Under the pieces are notes generated by a model. That model saw only the letters and a program-made list of their open reading frames with translations. It did no database searches and had not been told where the DNA came from. The position numbers and the translations under genes are program-made. A stretch of 64,000 nucleotides of DNA. Source: Psammoneis japonica. Lineage: Eukaryota. Where the stretch lies: assembly GCA_008632985.1 (NCBI GenBank), contig QPGO01000048.1, forward strand, positions 124,001-188,000. The letters run 5' to 3'. This document shows positions 1 to 12,590 of this stretch, in pieces; within the stretch, counting starts at the first letter, position 1; every line of letters begins with the position of its first letter.

Positions 1-1564
1 CAGCCTTGAGAGACGTCCGTCGAGCGCTGTTGGACGCAGATGTTAATATAGCCGTTGCTGACGCTCTAATTGAGGGAGTCAAAACTCGCAGTTTAGGAAA
101 GGAAGTGACAAAGGGAGTGACTGCGGATCAACAGTTTATTAAAGCTATGTATGATGAGCTTCTCGATATGATGGGTGGCGATTCGACCTCCAAAGCAGAA
201 GATTCTGAAACTGGACGCAGTGCTCCTGTGGCAACTCTGGCGGCAGGTACACCTAGCGATCCTGCCGTTGTACTGCTTGCGGGTCTGCAAGGTGCTGGTA
301 AGACTACAGCAGCTGGCAAATTGGCACTTTACTTGAAAGAGCGGGAAGTTGATTATGACGCTGTCAATGCCATGGACGAGGAAACCTCATCGCAAATGTT
401 GTCAACTCGTCTCCCTAAAAGAGAAAGAAAGGTCTTATTGGCCGCCGCTGATGTCTATCGCCCTGCAGCAATTAAACAGCTTCAAGTTTTAGGCGAAAGC
501 ATTGGAGTGGAAGTGTTTAGTATGGGGTCTGAAGCTGATCCTGTGGACATTGCAGCTGCCGCTCTCGACAAAGCAAAGACAGAAGGATACGACACCGTGT
601 TGGTAGATACTGCTGGCCGGCAGGTAATTGACGAAGACTTGATGAGCGAACTAAAGCGTATTAAGGAAGCAGGTGAGGTCTTTTGATGTTTGCGAATAAC
701 CGGACTTACAGCATCTTCTCACTGCTAGAAATTGCTCCTTTCGAATCAGTGAATCCGGCGGAAACGCTTCTCGTGGTCGACGCAATGACAGGTCAGGAAG
801 CTGCGTCTTTGACCGCTTCTTTCGATGCTGCAGTGGGAATCTCTGGTGCGATATTGACAAAGTTAGATGGAGATTCCCGTGGTGGTGCAGCTGTGAGCGT
901 ACGCGGTGTTAGCGGAAAGCCAATCAAGTTTGTCGGAACAGGTGAGAAGACACCTGACTTAGAACCCTTTTACCCTGATCGAATGGCATCGCGAATTTTG
1001 GGTATGGGGGACGTTGTGAGTCTGGTGGAAAAGGCTGCTGCCGAAGTTTCTGATGCAGAAGCGCTTAAAATGCAGCAGAAGATGATGGAAGCAAAGTTTG
1101 ATTTTGATGACTTTTTGAAACAGTCGAGTCTAGTTTCCAAGATGGGGAATATTGCGAGCGTGGCAAAAATGATTCCTGGTTTATCTGGCCAAGTTGATAA
1201 CGCTCAAATGCGCAATGTGGAAATTAGGTTGAAAAAGAACAAGGCAATGATTTGCAGTATGACCAAGAAGGAACGCGCGAACCCAGAGCTCCTTATAACC
1301 GATGCAACGGCCAGGTCTCGCATAACGCGAATCACAAAGGGATCAGGCTGCACTTTTGAAGAAGGGCTTGGGTTTATGAGTGAATTTCAAAAAATGAGGA
1401 CTATGATGAGTCGCATGCAGAAGCAGATGGCTGGCTCAGAAGGAGATCCGGCAATGGCTGGAGCAGATGGCTCTGCCGCACCCGAAATAGGCAATCGTGC
1501 GATGCGTCGAATGGCTAAGAAGAAAAAGAAAGGGGGGCGTCGAGGTGGTGGTGGATTTGGATGA
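1..1564 (+). CDS. ffh: Chloroplast signal recognition particle 54 kDa subunit (cpSRP54/Ffh), 5'-truncated by the window edge; intron 673-749
   Basis: SRP GTPase motifs GLQGAGKTT, DVYRPAA, DTAGR, TKLDGDSRGG and a Met-rich M domain. A GT..AG intron at 673-749 joins ORFs 6..686 and 683..1564 in frame (KEA-V-NPAETLLVVD). Confidence 0.95.
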
Positions 1565-1674
1565 AGCCTTGGAAGAACAATATTTTAAGCCTTTAGGCAT
1601 CCTCTATCTATTCTTTAGTAGAGATGCGATGGAACTACCTGGTATGAAGCATTGTTTAGCGGCGGTGTGCGTCT

Positions 1675-3144
1675 TTACACGGGATCACAAAGGAGGAACC
1701 TCCCAACCGGTTCAAGATGCCTATCAGATTCACCGTCAAACACTTTCTCTCCACGAAGCCAAGTTCCCAAGACACGACCATGCAGCGACATATCAGCAAA
1801 GTAGCTACCCGGCCACCTATGGTGCTCGTTGCCATAGTCATTGGGGACACCAAAGTAGCTGGGATCCCACCACACCAAATCGGCTTGTCGCCCTTCCGCT
1901 ATTACGCCCTTTATTGTCTCCATACCTGGAATCATGCGAGAAGGGTTCTCACTCCACCATGTTGCGATCGTTGAGAGAGAGGCCAACCCCCTCTCCTTGG
2001 CTTCCGTATAGGTAGCTGGCAACTGGTACTGCAAGCCACTTAGTCCACCCCACGCCTGCTTGATGTCGCCCGTCTCTAGAAAACGTAAATCAGGGGAACA
2101 TGGACTGTGGTCCGAGGCTATCATGTCGATAATACCAGTCTTGATGCCGTTCTCCCACAATGCTTCACGATTTATGGCATCGCGTATTGGGGGGAAGCAC
2201 TTGAGTCTTGTTTCTCCATCAGGAATAGAATCGGAATCAAAGATAAGATAGTGCGGGCATGTCTCAACCGTCAGCGACCGGCCTTCGCCTTTGGCGTGGG
2301 CGATGATTGGAATGCAACCAGCATCACTCAAGTGAACTATGTGCATCGTGCATCTATCAGCAACACCACATACAACATTGACGGCGGCCCTTTCCCACTC
2401 TGTAGGGCGCGAACGAATATGAGCCTCATAAGATTTGTGGCTAGTGTTGCGATATGATGCGGTAGCCTGGTTCTGCAGTTCCGCTTCTGTCATGAGTTCC
2501 GAGTGCACCAGAATTGGTTTCCCACGCTTTCCGCAAATATCTGCAGCAATCGAAAGCTGTTCTGGTGAAACTGCTTCAAATCCCGCCGCCTTTGGTAGTG
2601 GTGAGAGGAAGGCCTTAATACCAAAGACTCCGGCATCTAGTAAAGCACCCAAATCTTTGGGATTCGCATTGGACGGCACCACCCCACCCCACTGACCAAC
2701 GTCAGCCAGCAAAGGGACTTTCAATGAAGCACTCTTCTCCAGGTCGAAACTTTCTGCAGACGTTGTAGCTGGTATTGAGTTTAATGGCATACTCATGAGA
2801 GTCGTGATACCCCCGGCGGCGGCGGCACGGGTGGCAGTTTCGTATCCTTCCCAATCGCGCCCCAGCTCACTAATGTGTGTATGAACATCAATGAGACCCG
2901 GTGAGAGCGCCGCTGTCTCACCCAGATCAACGAAATCGTAGTTCATTCTGCACGCCCATGTTTTCGATTCTTTCCGAGAATGTCCAGGTAGACAGCGCTC
3001 AATTATTCCTTTCTCGTTGATAGCAACACTTCCTTTTTGATTACCACCGATTTCTCTGGAAAACACAACATTGCCACTCCACAAAACCGAAGGTTTGCAG
3101 ACATGGCTGATTCTACCCACTGATCGGACAGCTGCGGCGCTCAT
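1675..3144 (-). CDS. allB: Allantoinase (cyclic amidohydrolase)
   Basis: PGLIDVHTH metal-binding motif, GRDWEGYETATRAAAAGGITT, MPLNSIP, VETCPHYL, KCFPPIR, ASDHSP, AWGG. Confidence 0.9.
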   Translation of the reverse strand: MSAAAVRSVGRISHVCKPSVLWSGNVVFSREIGGNQKGSVAINEKGIIERCLPGHSRKESKTWACRMNYDFVDLGETAALSPGLIDVHTHISELGRDWEGYETATRAAAAGGITTLMSMPLNSIPATTSAESFDLEKSASLKVPLLADVGQWGGVVPSNANPKDLGALLDAGVFGIKAFLSPLPKAAGFEAVSPEQLSIAADICGKRGKPILVHSELMTEAELQNQATASYRNTSHKSYEAHIRSRPTEWERAAVNVVCGVADRCTMHIVHLSDAGCIPIIAHAKGEGRSLTVETCPHYLIFDSDSIPDGETRLKCFPPIRDAINREALWENGIKTGIIDMIASDHSPCSPDLRFLETGDIKQAWGGLSGLQYQLPATYTEAKERGLASLSTIATWWSENPSRMIPGMETIKGVIAEGRQADLVWWDPSYFGVPNDYGNEHHRWPGSYFADMSLHGRVLGTWLRGEKVFDGESDRHLEPVGRFLLCDPV

Positions 3145-3571
3145 GGATCATTTCACCAGAATTCACAGATGAAGTCTCCAAGACCTTCTCTCCCGCTTTC
3201 CTTTCAACAACACAAAGGCTTGCAACTCAAACAGTGTTATTACACACACTGCATCGTTGAGAGGATTGTGTTTTTGTGTTGTGTGTTGTCTCGCTCTTGA
3301 CGTTTGACCCCTGTTCGCCAGTTAGTGTGTCGTGTCGTTTGGGGGTATGGGTGTGTCAGATCTTGGAATGCTTGACGCACGATGGGCAAAACTGTATGTC
3401 TTCATGTGCGGTTATTCTGTATCTACCACGACCACGTCACGCACGCAGACGGCAGCGAGCGAACGAAAGCGCGCGTGAAGCGAGCACGCGACGAACGACC
3501 AGCGACCAACGACCAAGCACCACAATGGACGCAACTGACTATGTTGTAGCGTGTCTTCTGTTATTCTCGAT

Positions 3572-4297
3572 ATGCGTTTCATTTTGTCGACTTCAATGCT
3601 TGCATCATTGTGTTGTGCGATTGCCCCTCGACGTGGTGTACAGGCATTTCAAGTTCTTCCGACACTGAAGAGAGGTACTTCTCCGGCTGTGATCTCTTCA
3701 TGGAGAAGCACCACTCATTTTGCAACCGTGGAAGAGGTGGATCCCGGTGTAGTTGAAGGGACGGATCTTCGTCTTGTGAAATATCCGCACCCCAGTCTTC
3801 GTGCAGAGAACGCTAGAATCACCGATGAAGAATTGAAGGACGGTTCAATAGCAAAGATTGCGAAGGAGATGTTTCTAGTCATGTACGCATCGGAAGGGAT
3901 TGGCCTCGCGGCGCCACAGGTTGGAGTCAACAAGCGTCTCATGGTTTACAACGAGTCGGGCGACAAAAAGAGGTGGCTTGACGAAGTAGTCATGGTAAAT
4001 CCCGAAATTGTCGAATTTAGCGACGGAAAAGATGTGAAGATCGAGGGATGCCTCAGCTTTCCTGACATGGACGGCGAAGTTCAGCGCAGCAAATGGATAA
4101 AGGTTGAAGCTCAGAACTTAAAAGGAAAGAAAATCAAAAAGAAATTTAAGGGGTTCGAGGCAAGAATATTTCAGCATGAGTACGATCATCTAGATGGTGT
4201 GGTGTACATTGATCGACTCTCTGAGGAGGGGCGAGCAGCCGTGCAGCCCACACTCGACGCACTGATCGATTCGTATGGAGACGGAGCGGCACTCTAA
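3572..4297 (+). CDS. def: Peptide deformylase, probably plastid-targeted
   Basis: GIGLAAPQVG, EGCLS and QHEYDHLDG motifs; N-terminal signal peptide ending VQA-F (diatom ASAF-type) from the ATG at 3572. Confidence 0.95.
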   Translation: MRFILSTSMLASLCCAIAPRRGVQAFQVLPTLKRGTSPAVISSWRSTTHFATVEEVDPGVVEGTDLRLVKYPHPSLRAENARITDEELKDGSIAKIAKEMFLVMYASEGIGLAAPQVGVNKRLMVYNESGDKKRWLDEVVMVNPEIVEFSDGKDVKIEGCLSFPDMDGEVQRSKWIKVEAQNLKGKKIKKKFKGFEARIFQHEYDHLDGVVYIDRLSEEGRAAVQPTLDALIDSYGDGAAL

Positions 4298-4403
4298 AGG
4301 CAATAGTGCTAGTTACGCACGTGTGCAGTGGTTTCAGGTTATGGAGAGATTGTAAACACTACATTTTTTGGTATTTACAAAAGTAACTAGAAGTAAAATT
4401 CAA

Positions 4404-5464
4404 CTAGCTACCCACGGTACCATCCAGTTGCTGTTTCATGCCGTCATACCACGCCTTAATGCCGCCACCGCGCTCTTCAGTTACTTCCTTATGTATCGGC
4501 AAGCCTTCGACTGACCTAAGCGTACCAAACATTGTCACGTCGCCAAGATTTGGCTCGTCTTTTCCAGAGGCGAACAGCTTTCCATCACCAAGCCCTTCTT
4601 TTTCCCACTTGTCCAGCACTTTATCGAGAGCTTCTCTTTCATCCGTGATTCCCCGTTTTGCTGATGTACGCAAAAGTTGGAATTGAAATAAGGTTAATAA
4701 TGCTCGCGCTGTTTATCAATGAAGACCAATAAAACAACTCACATTTTATCTTTGATGCTGCAATGTACATGGCGAAAGAGCCGAGAAAGCGAATGGAAGC
4801 TTTCTGGACGGAAGAGAACGTTTTCACATCCTGAACATAGCCAAAAGCTTGAAACGAGTCACTCCAAGTTCGACAAATGTTTGGATAAAGTAACGTTGCT
4901 AACTCTCGTGTGGCAAACTCTGTCCACTCTTTAGCAGAGTCGCTGTGTACAAACTCATTCATGTCCATCGTATTCTTCCACTTTTGCTCCAAGGATGAGA
5001 TCACGTGTGGGTGCCGCAAGAACGCTGCCGTAATTTCATCAGAGCCATTCACTTGCTCCTCATCAATAAGTGCGATTGGGACTTTTCGATAATCACCTGA
5101 CCTATCGGTATTTTGCCGATAGAACGAAAAGACAAGAGTCAATCAAACAAGCATATCAACAAAGAAGTTTCATTTGACGTTAGGGTTATGGAACATGGAC
5201 ATACCAAGGTTTGAGCTCCGCTTTTGTCAAAGGGTTTACTTCAGTTGTACTGTAAGAAATACCACAGTAGTCAAATAAAGCCTTGGTCTTGTTGCAGAAG
5301 GGGCAAATTTTGTATTGATAAAGATGAACCGATGGCGGTTTCGCGTCAGAAACTCCAGTAAACAGACGCTGTGGATTCGAAGAAGCCGAAAACGAAAATT
5401 TGCTAATGGAGGTGCTTTTCGAGGAGATGAGCCGAAGGGATCCTTTCGATAAGGGCACAGACAT
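4404..5464 (-). CDS. PTGES2: Prostaglandin E synthase 2-like (glutaredoxin/GST fold), three exons
   Basis: LYQYKICPFCNK (CPFC), EVNPLTK, YRKVPI, LYPNICRTWSDSFQAFGY and PNLGDV motifs spread over ORFs 5186..5473, 4639..5142 and 4404..4673, separated by short introns. Confidence 0.85.
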
Positions 5465-5784
5465 GATCGTCAACTACAGCATGAACTCCAAGCTTTGCAA
5501 CAGCCAACGAGTACCGGTACGAGTACCATGTTGTGTTGTCGGGCCGGCGCTGTCGGCGCCTGCTCTGCGTCATTTTTTCCCATTTGCCCCACCATTTGCC
5601 CCAATTTGAAATTCTGGATTCTCGCTTCTCGCTTGACTGACGGACGGACGATACTCGGGGAGATGCGCGCACAGGAGCGCGCACAAATCACAACTCACAA
5701 CTCATCATCAATCGCATCAACGAATCATCATCATCCACATCCACCACGCTCGCAACACATTCAACATCAACACAATAATGAGCC

Positions 5785-6628
<844 letters not shown>

Positions 6629-6646
6629 ATTTCGGCAACCAGAGTC

Positions 6647-7798
6647 TTATTCCGAAAAGCTCTCACTGCTACCGGAATCAGAGCTGTTGCTTGATTCGGC
6701 TGTGCGTCTTTGACGGGTTCGATCTTCGTCCTCGACACCTGAGCCGCGTCGAACCCTTTTTGCACTACTACTTCTACTGCGACTCTCGTGTTGGAACAGA
6801 GTTTCACTGTCGCACTCAGAGTCACTGCTGCTTGCATCGTCCGATCTGCTGCTATCTTGGCTAGGTAATCGGGCCGCGCTTTTTACGTTTAGATATTTGG
6901 AGCCAGTGCTACTACAAAGAGAAAGTGCGATTGGCAGCGATTCAGAAACCTTGTCCGCACTCTTGAGCTAGAACATATATCAACAGAACTATACCTTTTG
7001 GTCGCCGTACTCTCCTCTTGTAGGTTTGTATCTCTTTCTCGCTTCCGTTTCTGTTCTACCTGTTCTGCAATTCGAGAAAAACGAAGACGATCCAGAGGAT
7101 TGACACTCTTCCACAACTTCCTTACTTCCTTTAAAACTGCCGGTGATTCAACTGGGACTTCGAGGTCGTGCGCGAGACGTGAGGAATGCTCCCGCTGAAA
7201 GATGGAGAATGCCGTTTCACCCTTCGACTTTGGTGATACTTTTTGTTTCGGCTTCGTCTTTGAGAGAATGATGCTAGAGAATAAAAGAAATTGAGTGAGA
7301 AAATAAGGAGTCGAAAAAAGGACTGTGGTAACTTCACCAGAGAAATCCTTACTTGTGTTTTTCTATTCCGTTCTTGATCATGAGGCGTTCCATGTAATCT
7401 ACCCGTTTCTGAACCTCCAGCATACTCTCATAGCTTTTTATTGCGAGTGACACAACATTTTCGTTATGCAATTTATCTTGCACGCTCTCAGGAGAAGGCT
7501 CGTCTATTTCCCAAGAAGAAGGGTCGGACGGATTTGCGGCGATTCGCTCCAGGACAGCCGCTTGTTGCAGAAACATGTCAGAATGTTGATGGAACATTTT
7601 TGAGACATGGCGGAGAATCATGGTGGATTTCGTTCTCGGTAATGGACTGGCTGCCGTTGTAGCAGCGGTTCGTCCTGTATTCTTCGTCACTCGAGTAGAC
7701 CCTCTCTTTTGCTCCGTCTCCGCAGTGTTGCGTGGCAGTGCTGCAGAGTCTGTTTCAAGGTTCGGCCCGCCAGCTTGCTGGTTTTCGGCAGTGCTCAT
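6647..7798 (-). CDS. HMG-box-like protein, three exons (7798-7353, 7273-6995, 6911-6647); paralogue of 8148..8744
   Basis: GT-AG introns 7352-7274 and 6994-6912 give one open frame. Exon 2 reads KGETAFSIFQREHSSRL...VLKEVRKLWKSVNPLDRLRFSRIAE (HMG-box pattern), followed by a Ser/Asp/Arg-rich tail. Confidence 0.7.
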
Positions 7799-7960
7799 AC
7801 CAGCAGATATGCAATATGCAATTCAACAAGCACTTAATCGTCGTTACTTTCTTTTCCTTCTATATATGATGGGGGAAAGAGTTGGGGTGTCAAGTGCGCC
7901 GCCACTGATGACAGCAAGCAACAAGCAAAACAGCATCTTCGCGTGCAGCGGTTGAAATCT

Positions 7961-7968
7961 TTTCGCGC
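7961..7968 (+). promoter_or_regulatory. Candidate E2F site TTTCGCGC in the bidirectional promoter of the HMG pair
   Basis: Exact match to TTTSSCGC near the middle of the 349-bp divergent spacer. Confidence 0.3.
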
Positions 7969-8147
7969 GAGCGACTGGCGATGCGGATGATGCATGATTC
8001 GGCCTTTCGGCTTTCGGCTTTCAGCGCTCAGATGCCGGATCGCGGGACGGCCATTGCGATGAAAGCAATCGCGAGATGGCCTAAAGATTACTGTGACACG
8101 ATTGAGGTGTGCCATATTATTGCCTAAGATTTATCCTCACTTAGAAT

Positions 8148-8744
8148 ATGGCTATGCCACTGCCATCTGTCGAAACATTTGAGGCCTGGTCGAGTCAGGA
8201 AACCAGTGTGTGGTTGAAAACGCTTGCACGGATGTTTCGAGAACAATCGTTGCTTCTTCTTCAGCAGGCTCAGCTTCTAGAGCGAATGATTGTCGAATGT
8301 GATGAAGGCGATAATTTTTCTTTGGAGTTGCGTGTCCCATCGTCAAGAGAAACGATTGAAGAAGCGCATCGCCGACGGAACGTTGTGTCGTACTCGAAGC
8401 GGAGTTACGAGCTAATGGCGGACACCAACCAAAAGCTAGATAGTATCGAAAGTAGACTAGTGCCTTTGACAGAAAAAGGGAGTGCGCAAAAGCGAAAACG
8501 TCGTGCAGGCAGATCCCCGTTTCTATTGTACTATTCGGAACACTACCAGCGCTTTGCGGAACTCGCAGGTTCTCGTAAGGCTCAGATTGTCTCCAAGGAG
8601 GCCTCGAAGGCATGGAAGCAACTATCTGAGTCGAAGAAGAGACCGTATATCGAAAAGAGTGAGATGGAACTTAATTCTGAAGTCTCAAAAGAAGATGACA
8701 GCAAGAATCCAGCAAAGAGTAAAAAATCTGGACTAGAAAAATGA
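8148..8744 (+). CDS. HMG-box protein
   Basis: RSPFLLYYSEHY...IVSKEASKAWKQLSESKKRPYIEKSE is a typical HMG box, preceded by a helical/coiled-coil region. Confidence 0.8.
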   Translation: MAMPLPSVETFEAWSSQETSVWLKTLARMFREQSLLLLQQAQLLERMIVECDEGDNFSLELRVPSSRETIEEAHRRRNVVSYSKRSYELMADTNQKLDSIESRLVPLTEKGSAQKRKRRAGRSPFLLYYSEHYQRFAELAGSRKAQIVSKEASKAWKQLSESKKRPYIEKSEMELNSEVSKEDDSKNPAKSKKSGLEK

Positions 8745-9523
8745 ATGGCAAGAAGCAAGAAACCTTTGACAACAGTGTGACAGTGTTACATTCCAAATAC
8801 CGGTACAATGGTGTATGACAGTCACGATTGTTTGTCCTCGACTCAGCTTTTTGTCCGCGAAGAAAATGAAACATCGTGTTAGCCATCTCGTGTCTTCCCA
8901 ACAATAAAATAAGCATAGACTACTCGTTCATGAGCGCGTTATTTCTCAACTCGTGCCATGGTCTTTCAAGCAGGAGATAGACCCATACGAGCCTTGCTAT
9001 ACTGACAAGTGACAAGTCGCCGTAAGAAAACATAGCGACTTGCAGAGAGAGAGGTGCCTCTCTCGCTTTGACCCGCCTGTTCTTGACTTTGTATGTACGA
9101 CAGGAGCCGAGTGTAGATTACAAGCAGTCGAACCGAAAGCAGACTTGAAAAGACGAGAAGCTCATAATCGTTGCGGCCAAGCCTTATTTTGCTGAACTGC
9201 ATGCAGCACCGGGGTTATGGTAAACAAAATGTGATCGACGGTGTCAGTGTCAGAGTACCGGTAGATTTTTTTGGAATTTTGGCAGATTTTTTTTGGAATT
9301 TTGATTTTGCAGGCGCGCAATGTTATTAGATTATATATGTATACGAATATCTAATATATCTGCTCGTCGCTCGTTCGAAATAACTCCCGCCATGATGCTG
9401 TCCCGACCGGTTGCCGGTTGACAAGGCCTACCACCTACCATACAACTCTGTAGGCTTTGACTATCATTCGACGTTGATAATCAAACGGCGATACAGTGTT
9501 ACGGCCAGTTACTGCTCGCAACA

Positions 9524-10416
9524 ATGTCATCAGCGGCTATTCAGCACATCTTCACCACTCCATTTCGAGTTCATTGTAGAACACTCCCATCTGATGGAGG
9601 GAGAAGAATGTTCGCTGTTAAAGAACTGGCCTGGTGTGCACCCAAAGGGTCTCCAAATTCAATGAATCAAGTTGTGGACGACCAGGTAAGACAAAAATTG
9701 AGTGTTCACTAGTTCCTCGCATTGGTCCTGTCCATTCGAACTGAAACTGCGAATCAATCCGTCTGCTCCTCATCGACGTTAAATATATCACCGTGTTATC
9801 TCTTCAGACAGAAACTCAGAGACTAGAACGCCGTGGAGTGGTTCCAGTGAAGCAATTTGGGGTTGTTGCTGCAATGTCCAAAAACCGCGTCTTGGGTGTA
9901 GATGGGAAGCTGCCTTGGAACGTTCCTGACGATCGGAAGATCTTCACGGAATTGACACGGGAGAAGGTCTTAATTATAGGGAGAAAGACATTGGAAGAAC
10001 AACCAAATCACAGCCATGTGCGGCACACTAGACATTGCATCGTTGTTTCGTCCACTCTGGACCAAGAAAAAATTCGTTCCTACGCCAATATATCGATTGC
10101 CCGTTCTTTCCCTGAAGCGTTAGGAATGGCTCGAATATTTGGAGAAGAACTCAACGAAGGAGGCGGTGACTGTAGCATCAACAAGGATGAAATTGATTGT
10201 TGGATCGGAGGTGGTCAGGCGATATTTGAACAGGCACTGCGCCATGAGTCAGCCTCAGAATTGCGACTCTCCATGATTGACACGGAAGTTGAAATCTCGT
10301 CACGCATCATCTCCATGTTTCCGCCGAAGCATCGCTGGGACAACAAATTCGACGAGGTCGCCAGGACGGATATGCCCCAGTTCACCCACGTAGTTTATAG
10401 GCGCAAGAAGAGATGA
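9524..10416 (+). CDS. Monofunctional dihydrofolate reductase-like protein; intron 9686-9807
   Basis: VAAMSKNRVLGVDGKLPWNVPDDRKIF, IIGRKT and WIGGGQAIF are DHFR motifs; the N-terminal exon resembles a transit peptide; no TS domain follows. Confidence 0.8.
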
Positions 10417-12454
10417 TGTGTGGTTTTGAATAATATTTTGATACAGAAAGTTTTGTCTATTCCATCCCGTATTGTCGTAAGATTTAAGCGGCACGAGAAC
10501 GCCTCATGTAGCATGGCAAGTCGGCGTAAACATGGGACATGGGAGCGATTGCTCTCTCTAGGTAGAGAGAGCTAGCAGGTCCGCGCGGTCACTCAGCGTC
10601 TGTGAGTGGGGTGGGGCCCCTCTAGACCAAGGGCATAAGACCCACCAGGTGCTCTCCAGCTGCAGCATCCGACAAGTGTGAAGAACCTGAGAAGGACCAC
10701 TGAGTCAACCACAAATGTCTCCCAATGAAGGGCAAAAGGGATTTTTGAATCTTTGCTGGCCACCATTGATTTTGACCTCTTTTTGGTTGGGTGCAGTGCC
10801 CCTTTCATGAGAATTTCTGTTTGCTGCTCTCTCTTGGTGTGGGGCCGGAAGTTTCGTGTGTTCTCCTGGAAGATGGTGGAGTTGTGAGATGCACATTTCC
10901 CTTTGCACATGGAGCAGCAGCTGGCGAACATGGTGGTGATGCCCAAAAGCTGTTGTGCACAGCAGCCTGTGCACATGTGAGCAAATGCCACCATTGTGCC
11001 CAGGAGTGTGACCTTTTGTTGGTTTGCCACAGCTTTGCATGGCAAACTCCCAAGGGGGGGGGGGGGGGGGGGGCTTGGATTTGTTGATGGAGAGGCTTGG
11101 ATTTGTTCATGGGGGGGGGCTTGTGGCTCCTGACAGATGCAGCCCCTTGTTCATGACACCATTGGCGTGGCACTCTGTGTGGCTCTGTCCATGCACAGAT
11201 GACATCAAGCTGCTTTGGCCTTGGAAAGCCGGGGCATTCTCAACAGAGCTCTCTTGAGAGAACACTCATTTGCAAGTGGGTCATGCCCACACATGCATGT
11301 CTGCAATGCATTTGCTGATGTGAGCATGGTTGACCAAAAATGCCACCCTCCAGTGTGGCCAGCTCTCAGAGATTCCACTGCCAGCCCGCAGGGCCACACC
11401 ACTCAAGAAGCCATTTTCTCTTCCAGCACAAAAGTGCTGTAGAAATGATGTTGCACAGCATCTTTCTCTCTGGTGCACTTTTTTGTCAGCTTGGTGTGAT
11501 GACAAAGCCACTCCATGTTGCAAAAAAGGCATGCTCCATTGCTGTCCATTTTTGCTTGGGTGCTCACAACATGCTGCTCCCCATGCGTGATGAGGAAATA
11601 AAAAGCCAAGTTGCAGCAGCCACTTTGGCCATGCCAAGAACAAGGGTGAGCTCCTTGAGCACATGGAAAAGGTGCCAGAAGCAAGGCCAGCTTGACTTTG
11701 TGATGAGAAGGATGAAAATGAGAAAGCTTCTTGCAGCAACTCTGGCAACAAGGGCTGCAACAAAGAGCTTGACTTCACCACCCAAGAGGTCACAAACCCC
11801 AGTGTGTGTCACCCAAAGACTTTGCAACATGTGCCAGAGCTTTCATGTTGCTGCTGCATCAGATGATTGAGAGAGACTGTGTGGCAAAGAAATTTTGTGG
11901 ATGGCATGTGAGAGCCGTGAGTGAGTGCAAAAACATTGAAAGCCATTGCCAAAAACTTGTTGGAAAGCACAAATTTCAAGCATCAAAGTTTGGGCAGTGG
12001 CTGGCAAGCAGCACTCTTGGTGCTGCTCCCACCTGCACAAGCACCAAATTTGTTGTGCTGCAGCTGGCAGCACATCACAGAGGTGGGAAAAGTTAAGGCT
12101 CCCCTTGATGTGGTCTGTGCACAGCAAAATTCTGAGCAGCATGCAACATTTCTTGTGCTGGGTGCAGGAGATTCTTCCTGAGCTTCTGCACAGGTGACCC
12201 ACCCACTCCTGTGCAAGGCTCTCACACCAGGCTGCCCAACCACTCCACCCCAGTCATTCATGGCAAGCAGTGCAGCAGGAGCAAACCCTGGCTCATTTTG
12301 CAGCAGGTTTGCCCAATTGGTTTTTCTCAGAAAACACACATCAAGCTGGGGGGGGGGGGCAAACTTCTGACTTTGTTTTTTGGCAAATTGTTGGGTGCCA
12401 CTTTTGGTGCACAGCTTTGCTTTCTGTGTTGCAGGCTGCCCATTTGCCACTTTC

Positions 12455-12590
12455 ACCCCCACTGTTGTCTCCACCCCCCACTTCTGCCATTTTTGCTCCA
12501 CCCTGATGGATCTTTGTCATTTGGTGCTTGTTTCCACCCCCACTTCTGCCATTTTTGCTCCACCCTGGCAGATCCTTGTCATTTGTTGCT
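12455..12590. repeat. ~60-bp tandem duplication
   Basis: Two copies of ccacccccacttctgccatttttgctccaccctg...gatcyttgtcattt. Confidence 0.8.

Noticed and set aside
9263..9306. Short direct repeat agattttttttggaattttg
   Set aside because: Two copies of an AT-rich word; probably simple slippage
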